Shown: positions 13,446 through 27,050, counted from the first letter of the stretch. The stretch is 64,000 bases of DNA from Hydrolagus colliei (GCA_035084275.1 CM068742.1:128340001-128404000); one strand, 5' to 3'. Notes: a model not told the origin generated them from the sequence alone. Made by a program: numbers and translations.

Positions 13446-14714
13446 CTGGACAGCCCAAGTCAGTGAAAGCTAGATGCCTCCCTCTCTGCAGCCACTTCTC
13501 CTTTTGACCACAGATCTACCTTACTGTTTGGTCCAGGATTGAGCAGGAAGACTGAAATCCACTGGGTGCAGAGCAGCTTAGATCCATGAAAGATAATTAA
13601 TTAGACATATGTCTCATAATGCGCAAGGTTAATTTACATCACAGATGAAAATGAACATTGTGCCTTTCAGCCTTCTCTGCCTTGTCTTAAAAGACAAGTG
13701 TCCAAGCAAACATTAGTGACCACCACAATCAGTATGAGAATGTGAAGTCAGAGTTATTCTTTCAGCTAAGGTTGGAGTTAAATCACATCATTAGTACATA
13801 GCACAGGGAACTTAACCTGCATCCTAACACTGCTTTTGCCCACAAAAATATATAGTAGATTCACTTTACAGTGTATCCTATCAAACATTTTAAGATATCT
13901 TGAAGACGTTATAAAGTGCGAATCAAATTATTATTACTATTATTATAATAATTATTATCTATGGATTCTACGCCTGACTGGGGAACTCTCAGGCTGATAC
14001 AAGTATCATTCAGTAGTACTTCTATCACTTACATTAATGAAAGGCAGATAATTTTAAGTTCAGCATATTCAGTCCCTTGTGTGTATCTATCTGTAGCTGG
14101 GAGACTCCGCTTAAAAGTGAAATTGTGTATGCTATAACAGTGCCAATGGAGGACTGTCTTTATGCAGTCCTTGTCCTTTTCTTGAATGTGTTTGAGTTTT
14201 ATGTAGTGTGATGAACATTTTTTGTTAGTGTTATTGCAGATCAGCTGCTGGGACACTATTTCAGAGGGTCGAGGGTTTCATAGATTACAAACGATTATAA
14301 AGTTGGGATTTTTTTTGATGGAGGAAGGAAGAGGGTACTAATATTGCTGCCTCATTAGCACCAGGTGGTAAGCGGCGCTGGCATGCCTGACAATCTGTGC
14401 TTGGCACCCACTAGATTTAATTCTCCTCTGCGTATCTTATGTAAATAGGATCAGGACAATGATGAATTGCCACCTGCTCCCATTTGTCTTTGTATGTAGT
14501 TCTGGAGAAGCCGTGAGGATTATAGGAACCAGCCATTCTGTAACATTTGTAAGTTGATTTTTACCAAAATAAATTCCACACACACACACTCCAAACATAC
14601 GGGAGTAATTTTGTTCTCAGTGGGATATGAATCTAGTCTTATATTTGCATATGTGCTCTGTCTCTCTCTGCCCCCACCATCACACTACCTCTCTCCCCCC
14701 ATCCCACTGCCTAT

Positions 14715-15023
14715 GGAATCCTGTAGCTCAGTGATTAGAGCCTCACAAGCGTGAGAACTGTGTTCGAATCCAGGCAAGTCAGGATGAAAGCTTGGGCAAG
14801 TTTCCTTACTCCACATACTTAATAGTAATCCCTCCCCAAAAAAATTTTTAATTGCTCATTTCAATCCATAACTGTTTGTGGGACACTGTTGTGCATAATT
14901 GGCTGCCACATTTCACCCACAAATATACAATCAATTCACTGTACTGTACAGAACATTCTGTGAAGCACCTTGAGACATCTAGAAGACATGAAAAGCACTA
15001 TATCAAATGCAAGGATTATTATA
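14715..15023 (+). mobile_element. tRNA-derived SINE, short form
   Basis: Same head/body/tail as 4194-4527; B-box GTTCGAATCC. Confidence 0.9.
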
Positions 15024-15137
15024 TATTTTGGACCTTCCCTTCCACACAGCTGCCATTACGCCCCTTCCTCAACAAAATAGTACCATCTATCCCTCTAATT
15101 CTCCAACTACCTGCCCATCTCTAACCTTCTCCAACGC

Positions 15138-15250
15138 TAATAATAATAATTGTTGCATTTGATATTGCCCCTTATTGTGTCTTAACGGGCTTCACAGAAT
15201 AACAGAATATACTGTAAAGTCAATTGACTGTATATTTTGAGGGTGAAAAC
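15138..15250 (-). mobile_element. SINE 3' tail fragment, inverted relative to the upstream SINE
   Basis: TAATAATAAT..TTGCATTTGATAT..CAGAATATACTGTAAAGTCAATTGACTGTAT. Confidence 0.75.
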
Positions 15251-16247
15251 ACAAGCGCCTTGGGACATCCACCCAACATGAAGACGCTCTTTTAATGCAA
15301 CTTGGTGTTGTTGTGGTGGTGGTGAAGTGTGGAGTGTTAAATACGCATATTCTATTATCTACAGTATGTTAAGTTGAAAGTTGTCACTGATACAATCATG
15401 TAATGACACACTTTAGACAGACAGGCAGGCAGGCACGTACTAATTCTAAATTATGATTAGTACACGAGAACAGAGGAAAAGTGAGAAATAAATGCCCTTT
15501 TGTCTCAAACAAATCTATTGCACCACACAAAATATTCAATACTGTGAATTCAGGCACTCAATGGTTGGTTAACAACTAAGAGTACACAATTCTGCAAAAC
15601 ATCTCTCTGCATCTTTACCCACCCTCACAACAAAACAACAACAAAATTAGATTTATAGATTGCCTTTCATGTTAGGAGGACGTACCAAGGCATTGAAATA
15701 ACAACCCTATCCTGCTCCGACCACAATTGCCCCCTCCATCTCTGCCATCAACCTCACTCCCATCCACAAATCACCCTCATTTACAGTTTCGAAAGTATTG
15801 ACCTGCAACTTGTCTTCTGAATCTTGCCTTCATTACTCCATACAGTGTAATTGATCGGTTGTTATGATTACTGACAACTTGAATATTGCTAAACTTCATG
15901 ACGTGCCTGCACTTCTCCTACATTTCAGCAGCGAAGAGATGTTTGTTTTGTAAACACAAATCCAAATAAGTTTGGGTAATTATCATTTATAATATCTCAC
16001 TGTTTAGACTTGAGGGACAAATCGGCGATCATTTCAATATATCCCAAGGACATGTCAAAGTCATTAATCCTATGGAAGCTTACTGAAGGTTTAAAACGCA
16101 GAAAAGAGAACTTGTAGGGTTTTGTGCATCCTCAAATATAGGGACTGTATGTGATTGCCAATGAATGTGTGCAATATTAAATAAGTTTCATGCCTGTAAT
16201 TGTTGTGGTCTCACCACCGATTGGAATTTACTTTGCTGTTGGGTTAA

Positions 16248-17493
16248 CAATGTCCTCTCTATCTGCGACCAGAGCTCCCTCTGCCTCCTTATCCTTCTGG
16301 ACCTGTCCACTGCATTCGACACAGTCGACCACGCCATCCTCCTCCACCGTCTGTCCTCCGTCATCCACCTCAGTGGGAAAGCACTTGCCTGGTTCAAGTC
16401 CTACCTCACAAACCGCCAGCAGTACATCTCCACAAACGGCTTTTCCTCCCGCTCTTACCCAGTTACCTGCGGGGTATCACAGGGATCCATCCTTGGCCCC
16501 CTCCTCTTTCTCATCTATATGCTCCCTCTTGGGGATGTCATCCGCAGACATGGGGCACACTTCCACATGTACGCGAACGACACCCAACTCTATTTCTCCA
16601 CTTCACTTTGCGACCCCCAGTCCCCTGATGTTCTGTCAACCAGCCTGTCAGACATCAGGAGACGGATGAGCTCGAACTTCCTGCAGCTGAATGTTGACAA
16701 GACGGAGGCCATCCTCTTTGGCTCCATTCGCACGGCGCTCACCTCCTCCACCTTCCCGGTCTGCCCCTAAAACTCTCCAAACCTGTGCGCAACCTTGGCG
16801 TCAGGTTCGACCCCCAATTGTCCTTCCTCCCCCACATCCAATCCCTCACCAGCACCGCCTTCTTCCACCTCCGACGGATCACCCATCTCCGGCAATACCA
16901 CCCCCCAAAATCCGCTGAAACCTTGGTCCACGCCTTTGTCACCTCTCGGCTATTGCAACGCCCTCCTCACCAGTCTCCCCGCCACCACAATCCACAAAAT
17001 TCAGCTGATTCAAATCCCTGCCGCTCTCATACTCACCCGTACCAAGCTTCGCTCCCTCATTACCCCAGTCCTTGCCAGACTGGCTCCCTGTCCCTGAGAG
17101 GATCAACTTCAAGATCCGCATTCTTGTTTTCAAGTCCCTCCACTCCTCAACACCTCACTACCTCTCTGATCTCCTCTCTCCCCAAACCAGCACCTGCTGC
17201 CTTCGCTCCACCGGGTCTGGCCTCCTCCATGTCCCTCGAATCCTCTGCTTCACTCGCAGCCGTGCCTTCAGCCACTATGCCCCAAGGCTCTGGAACTCCC
17301 TTCCTCACTCCCTTCGCCTCACCCCCTCTTCCCAGTTTCAGGTCACAGCTAAATACCTTTCTCTTCGACCGCGCCTTTCGTCACCATTCTGCCCCTGGCT
17401 CGGTCCAGGGATCCGCTGTTGCGAAGCGCTCTGAGACACCATCCGGTGCGGAGGGCACTATATAAATCGAAGTTGTTGTTGTTGTTGTTGTTG
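16248..17493 (+). mobile_element. Young 5'-truncated L2 LINE (RT to tail), frameshifted
   Basis: LLDLSTAFDTVDH..GVSQGSILGPLLF..YANDTQLY; tail GGCACTATATAAATCGAA(GTT)7; same family as 2472-3243. Confidence 0.95.
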
Positions 17494-17729
17494 TAATCAT
17501 AGCACAATGAAGGGCATCTTCAATTCGCTCTATGTATGTACTTTTGCACAACCTTAACCCTAATTTATTAATTATTAATAAATATGCAGGCAAATTAAAC
17601 CCTGAGACGTTACTAATTTGACTTTCTTAAAGGGAAAGATCAGCTTGAAATTAACTGTTTATCTAGGAATACAATAATGAGGAAGTATCATTGGCGAGAA
17701 ATATTCTTATCACTGCACACTTATGTGAG

Positions 17730-18490
17730 TAAACCTCTGAGTTAGAAGGCTGTGGTTTCAAGCCTCACTTTGGGATTTTGAACTCATAATTTAGTATGGA
17801 GCACCACAAGCATATGTTGCAATGTAGGAAATGTTGTTCTTCAGATGAAATGTTAAACCGAGGTCCCACCTGCCTGATTAAGTGGATTTTAAAGATCTCA
17901 GTGTACTATTCGAAAAGAGAAGGAAGTTTCTCCTGTTATCCTGGCCAACAACAACAACAAAATTATAATTGTATCATGCTTTTCACATCAGGGGTACGTC
18001 CCAAGGCGCTGGATAGTTACTGTTTCATACCCGAGCTGAGGACAGTGTGGGGTGGAGGGGAAGGGGTGGATAAGGAGAAGGAGACTTGAAGGAGGCAAGG
18101 AACGGGCCAGGACTTTGGGATGGAGTTCCAGAGGTTGGGGCCAGAGTGGCTGAAGGCTCGCCCACCAATGGTTGGGCAGGTGGGTCGGGGGACGTGAGCA
18201 AGCCAAAGTCTGCTGAGCAGAGGGGGCAGGCAGGTTGGTAAGGGGATAGTAGGTCATGGATGAAGGGTGGGTGCCAACAATCCTCTACACAATATGGACC
18301 AATCAGTTTATGGCTGTCTGTGGGGCATTGCTTTGCACAAATAGGCTGTTAAATTCACCTTTAACCAGTCACCAGTCATTTTGTTAGTGTTGACATTTCT
18401 GTTTACAGGTAAATCCTGTGGAAGTGCTTTGAGATATTCCCCTGACATGAAACGTGCTATATTAAATGTAAAGAATATTATTATGATTAT
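17730..18490 (+). mobile_element. Old DeuSINE (SacSINE1-like) split by an L2 insertion
   Basis: CTCTGAGTTAGAAGG head; TTCAGATGAAATGTTAAACCGAGGTCCC..AAAGATCTCAGTGTACTATTCGAA..CCTGGCCAA; resumes at 18281. Confidence 0.8.
17952..18272 (-). mobile_element. L2 3' fragment nested in the DeuSINE, 8-bp TSD
   Basis: GCCAACAA at 17944-17951 and 18273-18280; (CAA)n tail on the left. Confidence 0.85.
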
Positions 18491-18559
18491 AAAATGCATA
18501 TGTGTTCGTGAAGATAAGCATTGGGTTCAGTTGTGATGTCTATATAGATAATAGATAAT

Positions 18560-18725
18560 GATAATATAATAACAATTCTTGCATTTGATATAGCTGCTCA
18601 TCACATTGTTGAGATGGCTGAAAGCAATTCACAGAATATACTGTAAAGTGAATTGACTGTACATTTTGTTGTCAAAACACAGCAGCAAATTGGGCATAAC
18701 AGTGTCCCACAAACAGTCATGGATA
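18560..18725 (-). mobile_element. SINE 3' half
   Basis: TTCTTGCATTTGATATAGC..CAGTGTCCCACAAACAGTCATGGAT. Confidence 0.8.
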
Positions 18726-19789
18726 TGGTAACCAAATTACCAGCACACTATCAGATAACCTGCTTAAGCTCTCCAGACAAACATGTAGAAGCATGACTAG
18801 GGCACACTGTTAAAGGAAAAATTGTAAGTATGTGCCATTTCTTAGCATGATTTACTGCTTTCATGTAGAAGTGAAAAAAAAACGTAATTAAATTATTTGT
18901 TTCAACCCAAACCTACTATGTAAAGTGACAAGCTGTGGTAACCAGATCACAGGTAAACATTTCAATGTTGGTGTTTTTTTTGTACATTTCAGTGCAAATA
19001 AATTTTGGCCATGATCCCAGAGCAGAAATCACAATCAAGACAAATGTCATAAGTGAATGGATAAGAAAACAAAATTGTCAGCCTTGTTTGAGTGAAGGTG
19101 GTTGCAATCCTCTACCTTTTCTCTCTATTTCAGGATTTTCCTTGATAGGGACACTTGACTTATTGCAGATATATTTGATATCTGCATACAATTCCTTGTT
19201 TCATTGATGCAATTGCAGTTCTTCCTGTGACAGGTACTACAAGAAAGCTTTTCTGCGGGGATATCAATTTGCTTTTTGTTAAGCTTGGTATGTCTTCTCT
19301 TTTGTTTCTGAAATCTGTAACACAAAAGAAAAATTAATAAGGAATTTTCAGGACCAGATATAACATTTGCAGAAGGCTTTTATTTGTTCCTTCTCCATAT
19401 CGATATGCGTCTCCATTATACAACCCTATTCACCATTTTCCACGCTGCATTCATAAATTTCCTTCACGCTCTCAGTGCGTACAACCCTCATTGCTCTCCC
19501 AGTGGCAATGTCTGAATAATTCCATTCTTTATCTTCTGTCTATTGATAGTCTCGGCTTTGTTAGTGGTCCCGATCTCAAAAGGAGTTCTCACATTACAAA
19601 TTACAGCAACTGTTTATAAAATGTCTGGTTTCTATTTTCAGACTAGCCACTTGTACAGTGTTCTCTGCACCACACCTAACTCTGCAAAATCCCCTCAAGA
19701 TTTGAACACTGTACCTGTACTATTTCCCTTATTCCAGGCAGAAAGCTGGAAAAGACTTGTTAATCATTTGATGGGTAATACAGTATTAG

Positions 19790-19960
19790 GGCAGATCTGG
19801 AACTCTCTCCCTCAATATTTCTGCCTTGCCCCTTCTCTATCTTCAAATTAAAGACCTTCCTTGATGACTGTGCTTACTGTCACCTTCCTCTCCCTCTGGC
19901 TTGGGGGGCAGACTACACCACGGTCAAGCCCACATAAAGGGCACTAAAAAATGCAAGTTG
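19790..19960 (+). mobile_element. L2 3' end, degraded
   Basis: TCTGGAACTCTCTCCCTC..AAAGACCTTCCT..GGGCACTAAAAAATGCAAGTTG. Confidence 0.65.
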
Positions 19961-20369
19961 CCACTTAGCTATAAACCTCATTCTCCTTATCAGACCCTCT
20001 CCATTTTTATGGTTACAATAGAGATTCCTTCTTGTAACTTTCATTTCTCGTTCCTTCCAAACTTTCCAAAACACTGACCTCAACCTCATTTTCTGCAACT
20101 GCATTGAAATCAAATTGATCATGCCATCTCAACACACCTCTCAGCCAGAGATTCATAACCATGGCGTTCCTTTCTATGCAATTTATTATAAAATTGAAGC
20201 TCGCCATCACCAAATAACATGTGTCCAGCTTTGTTGATTTTCCACATGTTCGATCTTGGCCACTTAACTGGGCTTCTCAACATTCAAATAAAATACTTCC
20301 ACCAGCCAGTGGTTTTGGGGCTACTTATTATTCATAAGTATTTTGAACTCAACTCTATTTCTCATATAA

Positions 20370-20750
20370 TAAATAATAATCATTGAATTTGGTTTAGCAT
20401 CTTTCATGTCTAGCAGGTAGGTCCAAAACATTTCACGGGATATTCTGTAAAATTGACTGACTGTGTTTTATGAGCGACGGCACCCGTCAATTTGAACCAA
20501 TTTTATTTGGGGGATTGTTGGCCAGATCACTGGCAGAAACTTCCTTCTCTTTCTGAATAGTCCCATAAGATTGTTATTATCTATCTGAACAGTCAGATGG
20601 AATCATGGTTTAATATCTCATGGAAAGAATGGTACCTCCTTCAATGGTACACCCCGAACATCTGATTGGAGTGTCATCTTATGCATGCCAATTAAGCAAC
20701 ATGGGTCTTGGACCCATTACCTTCTGACTCAGAGGTGAGAGTGCAAATTC
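20370..20750 (-). mobile_element. Old DeuSINE
   Basis: GAATAGTCCCATAAGAT..GGTTTAATATCTCATGGAAAGA..ACCTTCTGACTCAGAGGTGAGAGTGC. Confidence 0.7.
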
Positions 20751-21689
20751 CAGCAAAATTAAAGTTGATGATGATGTTATATAATCACTGATGTTATATA
20801 TTGAATTTCTGTACACTTGGAACTCTTTAGGCAGTGCAAAGCTTTGACGTTGAAGATGCTGAAGATGAGTTGTATAGTTTTTAGGTTGTGATATGAGCCA
20901 GAGAGTGTGCAATATGTCAACACAGTCAGGACAGGAAAAGAGAATGGCATTTTTAAAACTCTGGAAGAAAGATCCGAGAAGCATAGGAATTAGTGTGTTG
21001 CATCAGAATGTGAATATGCTTCACCACAGGGAAGCTCGGCTAAGTACCTGATCTTGGACACACTGCTGTAAGGAGCATTCAAAGGCAGAGCATTATGCCT
21101 TGGACCCTCATCAACACTGATAGCTTGTTTGGCAGTCAGATCTCGCCTTGAATCTCTTGACTACAGTTTTATATAGTGGTTTCCCTCTAAAAATCAATAG
21201 GCTTTAAAACTGAGCATCTCTTATTAATGGTGGGTTACATAATTGTAATATGTTCTTCCAAACTCCTTGATCAAATGGCACTAATAAATAAGTGTAAATT
21301 CACATTCAACTTCAGTGCTTCTCAACCAACTGTATTATCAACCAATTTTAATGGCTGTGTGAGCTGAGACAACTTTATTATAATAAGGCAGAGCCGTATC
21401 TGAAAATTACCAATTAATGTTTTAACCCCACTGAGACGCCGTCCGGCGTGGAGGGCGCTATATGAATCGAAGTTGTTGTTGTTAATTATAGCTTGAAGGG
21501 TTTGAGGGCATTGTTGGAGGTGTAACAAATGAATTGCAATTCTCTTTATAAAGACATCCAGTAACACTGATTATTTTTCCTCTTCCCCTCTTCCTATGCC
21601 AAGGCCTTGAGGTTGTCCATTTAATACAGCACCTTTCATGTAGGATTTCTCAAATCACTGAACGAAGTTTACAGACAAGTGCAGTTATG

Positions 21690-21961
21690 ATAATATTTAT
21701 TGCATTTGATATAGCATCTTATCACGTTTTCAAAATGTCTTAAAGCTCTTCGCAGAATATACTGTAAAGTGAGTTGACTATATAATGCGTGGCAAAACCC
21801 GGCAATGAAAAGTACATTAATGCCCCACATACCATTCGTGGATTGAGATATCTTATCATTATTATGCATTTATTTTGAAGGATATATTATCTCCCTGAAT
21901 AAACTAACAACCAGGTTCCTACATATAGGTAAACAGAGGCTTGTGGAGCAAGGAAACTTGC
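21690..21961 (-). mobile_element. SINE, long form, head missing
   Basis: Tail plus Deu part plus AACTAACAACCAGGTTCCTAC..AAACAGAGGC..GGAAACTTGC. Confidence 0.8.
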
Positions 21962-23510
21962 TCCACAATAAGATCATGGCTGATCTTCTTACCTAACTCT
22001 AATTACCTACCCCATCCCCATATCACCTAATCCCTCTATTTTTCAAAAATCTATCAGTCTCAGCCTTGAAAATGTTCAGGGACTGAGCATCTAGCCTTCT
22101 GGGGTAGTGAATTCCATAAATTCACTATCCTCTGAGTGAAGAAGTGTTTCCTCAACTCCGTTCTAAAAGGCTGACCCTTAATTTTAAGACTGTGACCCCT
22201 GGTTATAGATTCTCCTACCAGGGGAAATAGTTCCTCAGTGTCTACTTTATCTAGCCCTTTAAGAATCTTATATGTTTCAATAAGATCCCGCCTAATTCTT
22301 CTGTACTCTAGAGAATACAGCCCTAGTTTATTCAATCTATCCTCATAGGTCAGTCCCCTCATCCCAGGAACTAACCTAGTGAATCCACGCTGCACGCCCT
22401 CTAAGGCAAGTATGTCCTTTTTCAAATAAGGAGACCAAAACTGCACACAATACTCTAGGTGCGGTCTCACCAAAGCCCTATACAATTACAGCAAGACTTC
22501 TCTTGTACTCTAAACCTTTTGAAATGAACGCTAACATGCCGTTCGCCTTCTTAGTTGCTTGCTGCACCTGCAAACTAACATTTTGAGACTGGTGTACAAG
22601 GACAACCAAATCCCTTTGAATACTAACACTATCTAACCTCTCCCCCTCTAGAAAATAATCATTTTTTTTATTTTTGTTACCTAGGTGAATAATTTCACAC
22701 TTCCCCACATTAAATTCCATCTGCCACCTAGCTGCCCACTCCCCTAGCCTATCTATATCCCATTGCAATCTTTTTGCATCATCCTCATAGCTGACTCTCC
22801 TACCTAGTTTAGTATCATCCGCGAATTTAGACACGTTACATTCAATGTCCTCGTCTAGATCATTGATGTAAATTGTAAATAGCTGAGACCCAAGCACTGA
22901 TCCTTGTGGCACTCCACTAGTTATATCCTGCCAATTCGAGAATGACCCGTTTATCCCTACTCTCTGTTTTCTACCAGTTAGCCACTCATGTATCCATGTT
23001 AATATGTTCCCATTAATCCCGTGGGCCTTGATCTTGTGCATCAGTCTTTTGTGTGACACTTTATCAAATGCCTTCTGAAAATCTAAATATATCACATCTA
23101 CTGGTTCCCCTCTATCCAAACTGCTGGATACATCTTCAAAAAACTCTAAAAGATTAGTCAAGCATGATTTCTCTTTTGTAAAGCCATGTTGGCTCTGCCT
23201 AATCTTTTTGTGGTTTTCCAGGTATCCCATCCCATAATGACATCTTTAATTAAGGACTCCAGAAATTTCACTACCACTGATGTCAGGCTAACTGGTCTAT
23301 AGTTCCCCATGTTTTCTCTCCCACCCTTCTTAAACAGTGGAGTTACATTTGCAATCTTCCAATCAATGGGGACTTTTCCAGTATCCAGAGAATTTTGGAA
23401 GATCACAGACAAGTCATTCACTATCTCATATAGCCACCTCCTAGGATGCAGGCCATCCGGTCCAGGGGATTTATTGGTTTTAAGACCCGACAATTTACCT
23501 AAAACCATTT
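21960..23510 (-). mobile_element. CR1-clade LINE RT, 5'-truncated, in three frameshifted ORFs (23158-23508, 22478-23230, 22060-22485)
   Basis: KSPGPDGLHPR, GNYRPVSLTS, YLDFQKAFDKV, SGVPQGSVLG, KFADDTKL, LVRPHLEYCVQFWSP, FFTQRIVNLWNSLP. Confidence 0.97.
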
Positions 23511-23514
23511 ATTT

Positions 23515-23870
23515 ACTTGTAGACAAACATGGCTACCAACTTGCGAACTGCAATGTCCCACAAACAAGAAATGGAGTGAATAACCACATTTTTTGAGGGT
23601 CTGTTGGCCAGGACACCAGAGGAAACTTCTTTTTTGGAAAATTCCATAGCATCTTTAACGTCTTCCCAAATAGGCAGAGGGGACCTTAGTTTAATGGCTC
23701 ATACAAAGGATGGCATTTCAGACAATGCAGCATTCGGCCAGCACAACAACAAAATTACATTTGTAGAGTGCCTTTCATGTCAGGAGGATGCCCTGCAGTA
23801 TGGAATGTTAACCTAGTCTGTAAGTTCAAAATCTTCAACCCACAATCTTTTGACTCAAAAGTGAGTGTTA
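23515..23870 (-). mobile_element. Old DeuSINE 5' part (probable tail at about 21615-21685), with a 50-bp L2 tail inserted at 23743-23793
   Basis: AAACATGGCTACCAAC..TGTCCCACAAAC..GTTGGCCAGGACACCAG..GGATGGCATTTCAGACAATGCAGCA. Confidence 0.7.
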
Positions 23871-26724
23871 CTGGTTGACATACCATCAGCCTCATCCAAA
23901 CATTAAACTTTCACTTTGTATCATGACATTTTCAAACCATCATCAACATATTGGAATTAAATTAAATAAACAGCCAGCATGTGAATTAATAACACTGAGA
24001 ATCAGAAAGCAAATCATTCCTTTGGCTGCAATAGTCCATACTCCTGCTTCATTAAGAATGTATCATTATATTATTCATTATTCACCAGTTCATTACTCTC
24101 AGTGCTACAAATGTAGACTGTTACTTTGAAACTTAACTATCCATTATTGTTAAAAGTAAGAGAAATAAAAATATAAAGAACTCAAATGAGTAGAAGTACT
24201 GTATCACAAAATTTCAACACATCAACATGTAGTAATTGATTTGCTTTTATGAGTCTTTTTCCATCCATTTGGTGATCTCTTGAAAGTAGGGGTCCTGCTT
24301 TGTGGTTAAAAAACAGTTTCTAGCTTCATTTGTAATAATGCTTGAGGGTTTAGTCAATGACATCATTTTTAAAAAAAACTGCTGAAGAATACTAGAGAGA
24401 ATGTTGGCGGAGGATAGCTGACAGTGATAGATGTCAGGGAAAGGGATTCAAAACTAATAACTCACAGCTAAATAAAACGTAATGAAGCAGGGACATTGGT
24501 GCAGGGCTTGAAAAGCATATTAATTTTCATATTGTTGTGAAAATAAATCCCAGCGAGGTGAGACATTACAAACATCAGCACTTATCAAAATTGACCAACA
24601 CACAACTGAGGGGAAAAACCTGAAGGATATACTGTATGTGGTAATGTTGTGGATATACTAAAAACGCGGGTATTTTGTTAAGGTCATTCTTTGTTTGATT
24701 GTTTAGCTTATGAAGAAACAATATAGGTAAGTTTAGGTTAGAACTGCTACGAAAAACTAGAGAACTTTTTATTCAGTGTTCAACTACAATGGTGCCTGTG
24801 TTGCCATCTGAAACTGAATATAAAAAACATAAATCGGGGAATCACCTGATGAGAGCTTCTTTCCTTGTGTGTAGCTTTTGGTCATTTTTTAAAATGTTGA
24901 CCACTTTGGTTTCTTCACTGTACCTCCAAAAATGCTCTGATATGCTACCTAGCTTCCATAGTGGAGAGATGTTAATCATCAGAACTTATCTGTCACATTC
25001 TGCTGGGGTCACCAGTTGTGATAAATGTCAAAATCCAAACCATTCCTGGTTGACCACTCGATAAATGAAGGAACATTCAATCTCCAGGTGGTTTAGGGTT
25101 GACATCATTCAGTCAATGCAGAGCTCATGACCTTGTAAGAACAAAGCAGGCCCAATGTCTATTGTCACAATAGACAGGTAGAAGATCTAGATGACAGATA
25201 GATGGGAAAAGTAAGCAAAATACTGTATTAGTTTTCAGAATTCAGGGCTCACAGGGGATGTATAATCCACTGAAGCTATGGTGGAATCCACATCATTGGG
25301 TACAGTGCCTCTCTACACAGTTATTGCATACATCATCTTAAGAACTAATTTGACAATGTATGCTTTTTTAACTGACTCTAATGGCTGTTTTAAAGGTTTT
25401 TTTTTACTAAATAGTGAGTTAAATAGACTGTATATATGGGCGAATAATCATATTCCACATTTTGCCCGCAGTAAAAATATAGACACATCATTTTTGTTAT
25501 ACAGCAGAGTCATTCTTTGCCAGGAACCCCCTTTGCAATGTGCTTGCGGTGAGGCTGGAGTCCCAGTGGTTATCCATTTAAATTAGGTGTTTAATATTTA
25601 TCTGGCTGCAGAGAATAACTAAAGAGAGTTTTGGGGGCACTGTGAGACATGATGCATTGGTGCTCATACCCACATGACTATACAATTAAGGAGAGATTGC
25701 TATCAAAATTGCAAACTGGTTCCTCCATTGCATAGATCCTCTCTTAAAAAAAAAAGTCCATATATAGGAACTATATAGCTGGTATTTCATTAAGCCAGTA
25801 CCTGAATGCAAATGATTTTAGCTAAGAGGACTCTCATTGGTCATCCTCAGTGCATAGTTTGGAAACTTTGATTCATAAATTTGCATTACAGTTTATTGAT
25901 ACTGTGCCATGTTTTGTCTCTTGCTCATGTTGCTGTAGACCTAAATTAGTTGCAGTATCTAGGGAGAAAGAATAAATCTTCTGCCGTGTTCCAGAAATGA
26001 ATGTTACAGGAAAAAGAGGAATATCCCTTCTTCACTGCTGTGATGATGCCTGCTGAATAGAAAAGAGGTCACCAAGTAATCTAATGAACCCTTAATAACA
26101 GATATCTGTAATAGAAAGTCAATTTATAGCCTTAACATTTCACACTGCTTCTTTTTGAAACATTTAAAGATGCTCTCTCATCCTCTCTCTATCTTGTACT
26201 TTTATGTATTTTTAATTCCAGTTTCAAATTCATTGAGTTTCAAAAGCTTCTGTTAAATTGTGGCTCTGGTACAAAGCACAACCAAAGCCAATAAAGTGGA
26301 GGCTTTCACACATAAGCACCCTCAATGTCCAAAGCATTTAAAACAAATAACAATTGTTTTTGCCTATGCAGTGACACGTCTGTCACTAAGCATTGGTTGC
26401 TATTATGTTGTGGTGATGTACTGTTAACATTCATAGCTTTCTGCACCGAGTCAAATTATAACATTAAATCCCTTCGCTGATTTAATACTGTAGACTTCCA
26501 TCCCATTAAATGCCTTACAACAGTTGGCAACTGTTAAGTGCTCCAAGACGATACTCCCCCACCCCATCCCTCCCGCTATATGAATGCTAAAATAAATATT
26601 GTTTCTGTTGAACAATTCAATCAGTCGAAGGCCATATTTCATTCAAAACTGTAACAAATGGCAAAAATCAAAAATTATACCAACAGAATCATTAGCAGAG
26701 AAAAAGATCATTTCATAACCTGTA

Positions 26725-27050
26725 TAGTAATAACAATCCTTGCATATGATAGATCGCCATATCACATACTTGAAATATCTCAAAGTGCTTCATAGAAAAT
26801 ACTGTAAAGTTAATTGACTCTAAATTTTGTGGGCAAAACTGTGCAGCAAATTGAGTACAACAGTGTCCCACAAACACTTGTGGATCGAGTGATCACATTT
26901 TTTTTAAGGGATTATTATCCCAAGAAGGCAATTCACCAATTGACTAATAACTTGCTTCCTACTTACTGCTAGATAAACTTGTCTAAGATTTCACCCAGTT
27001 CTGGAATCAAACCCAGGTGCTCTTGCTTGCGAGACAAGTGGTCTAACCAA
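26725..27050 (-). mobile_element. SINE, long form, full length
   Basis: Tail, Deu part, TTCCTACTTACTGCTAGATAAAC, head GAATCAAACCCAGGTGCTCTTGCTTGCGAGACAAGTG. Confidence 0.8.

Noticed and set aside
14350-14485. CTCF-like motifs (GCACCAGGTGGTA; GCCACCTGCT), also GCGCCCCCT near 59142
   Set aside because: Only partial matches; not supportable without PWM scoring or ChIP data.
19134-19232. Plus-strand exon-like segment with a good acceptor; overlapping minus-strand acceptor near 19315
   Set aside because: Stops in all three plus frames; the minus-strand peptide is unrecognisable and has no donor.
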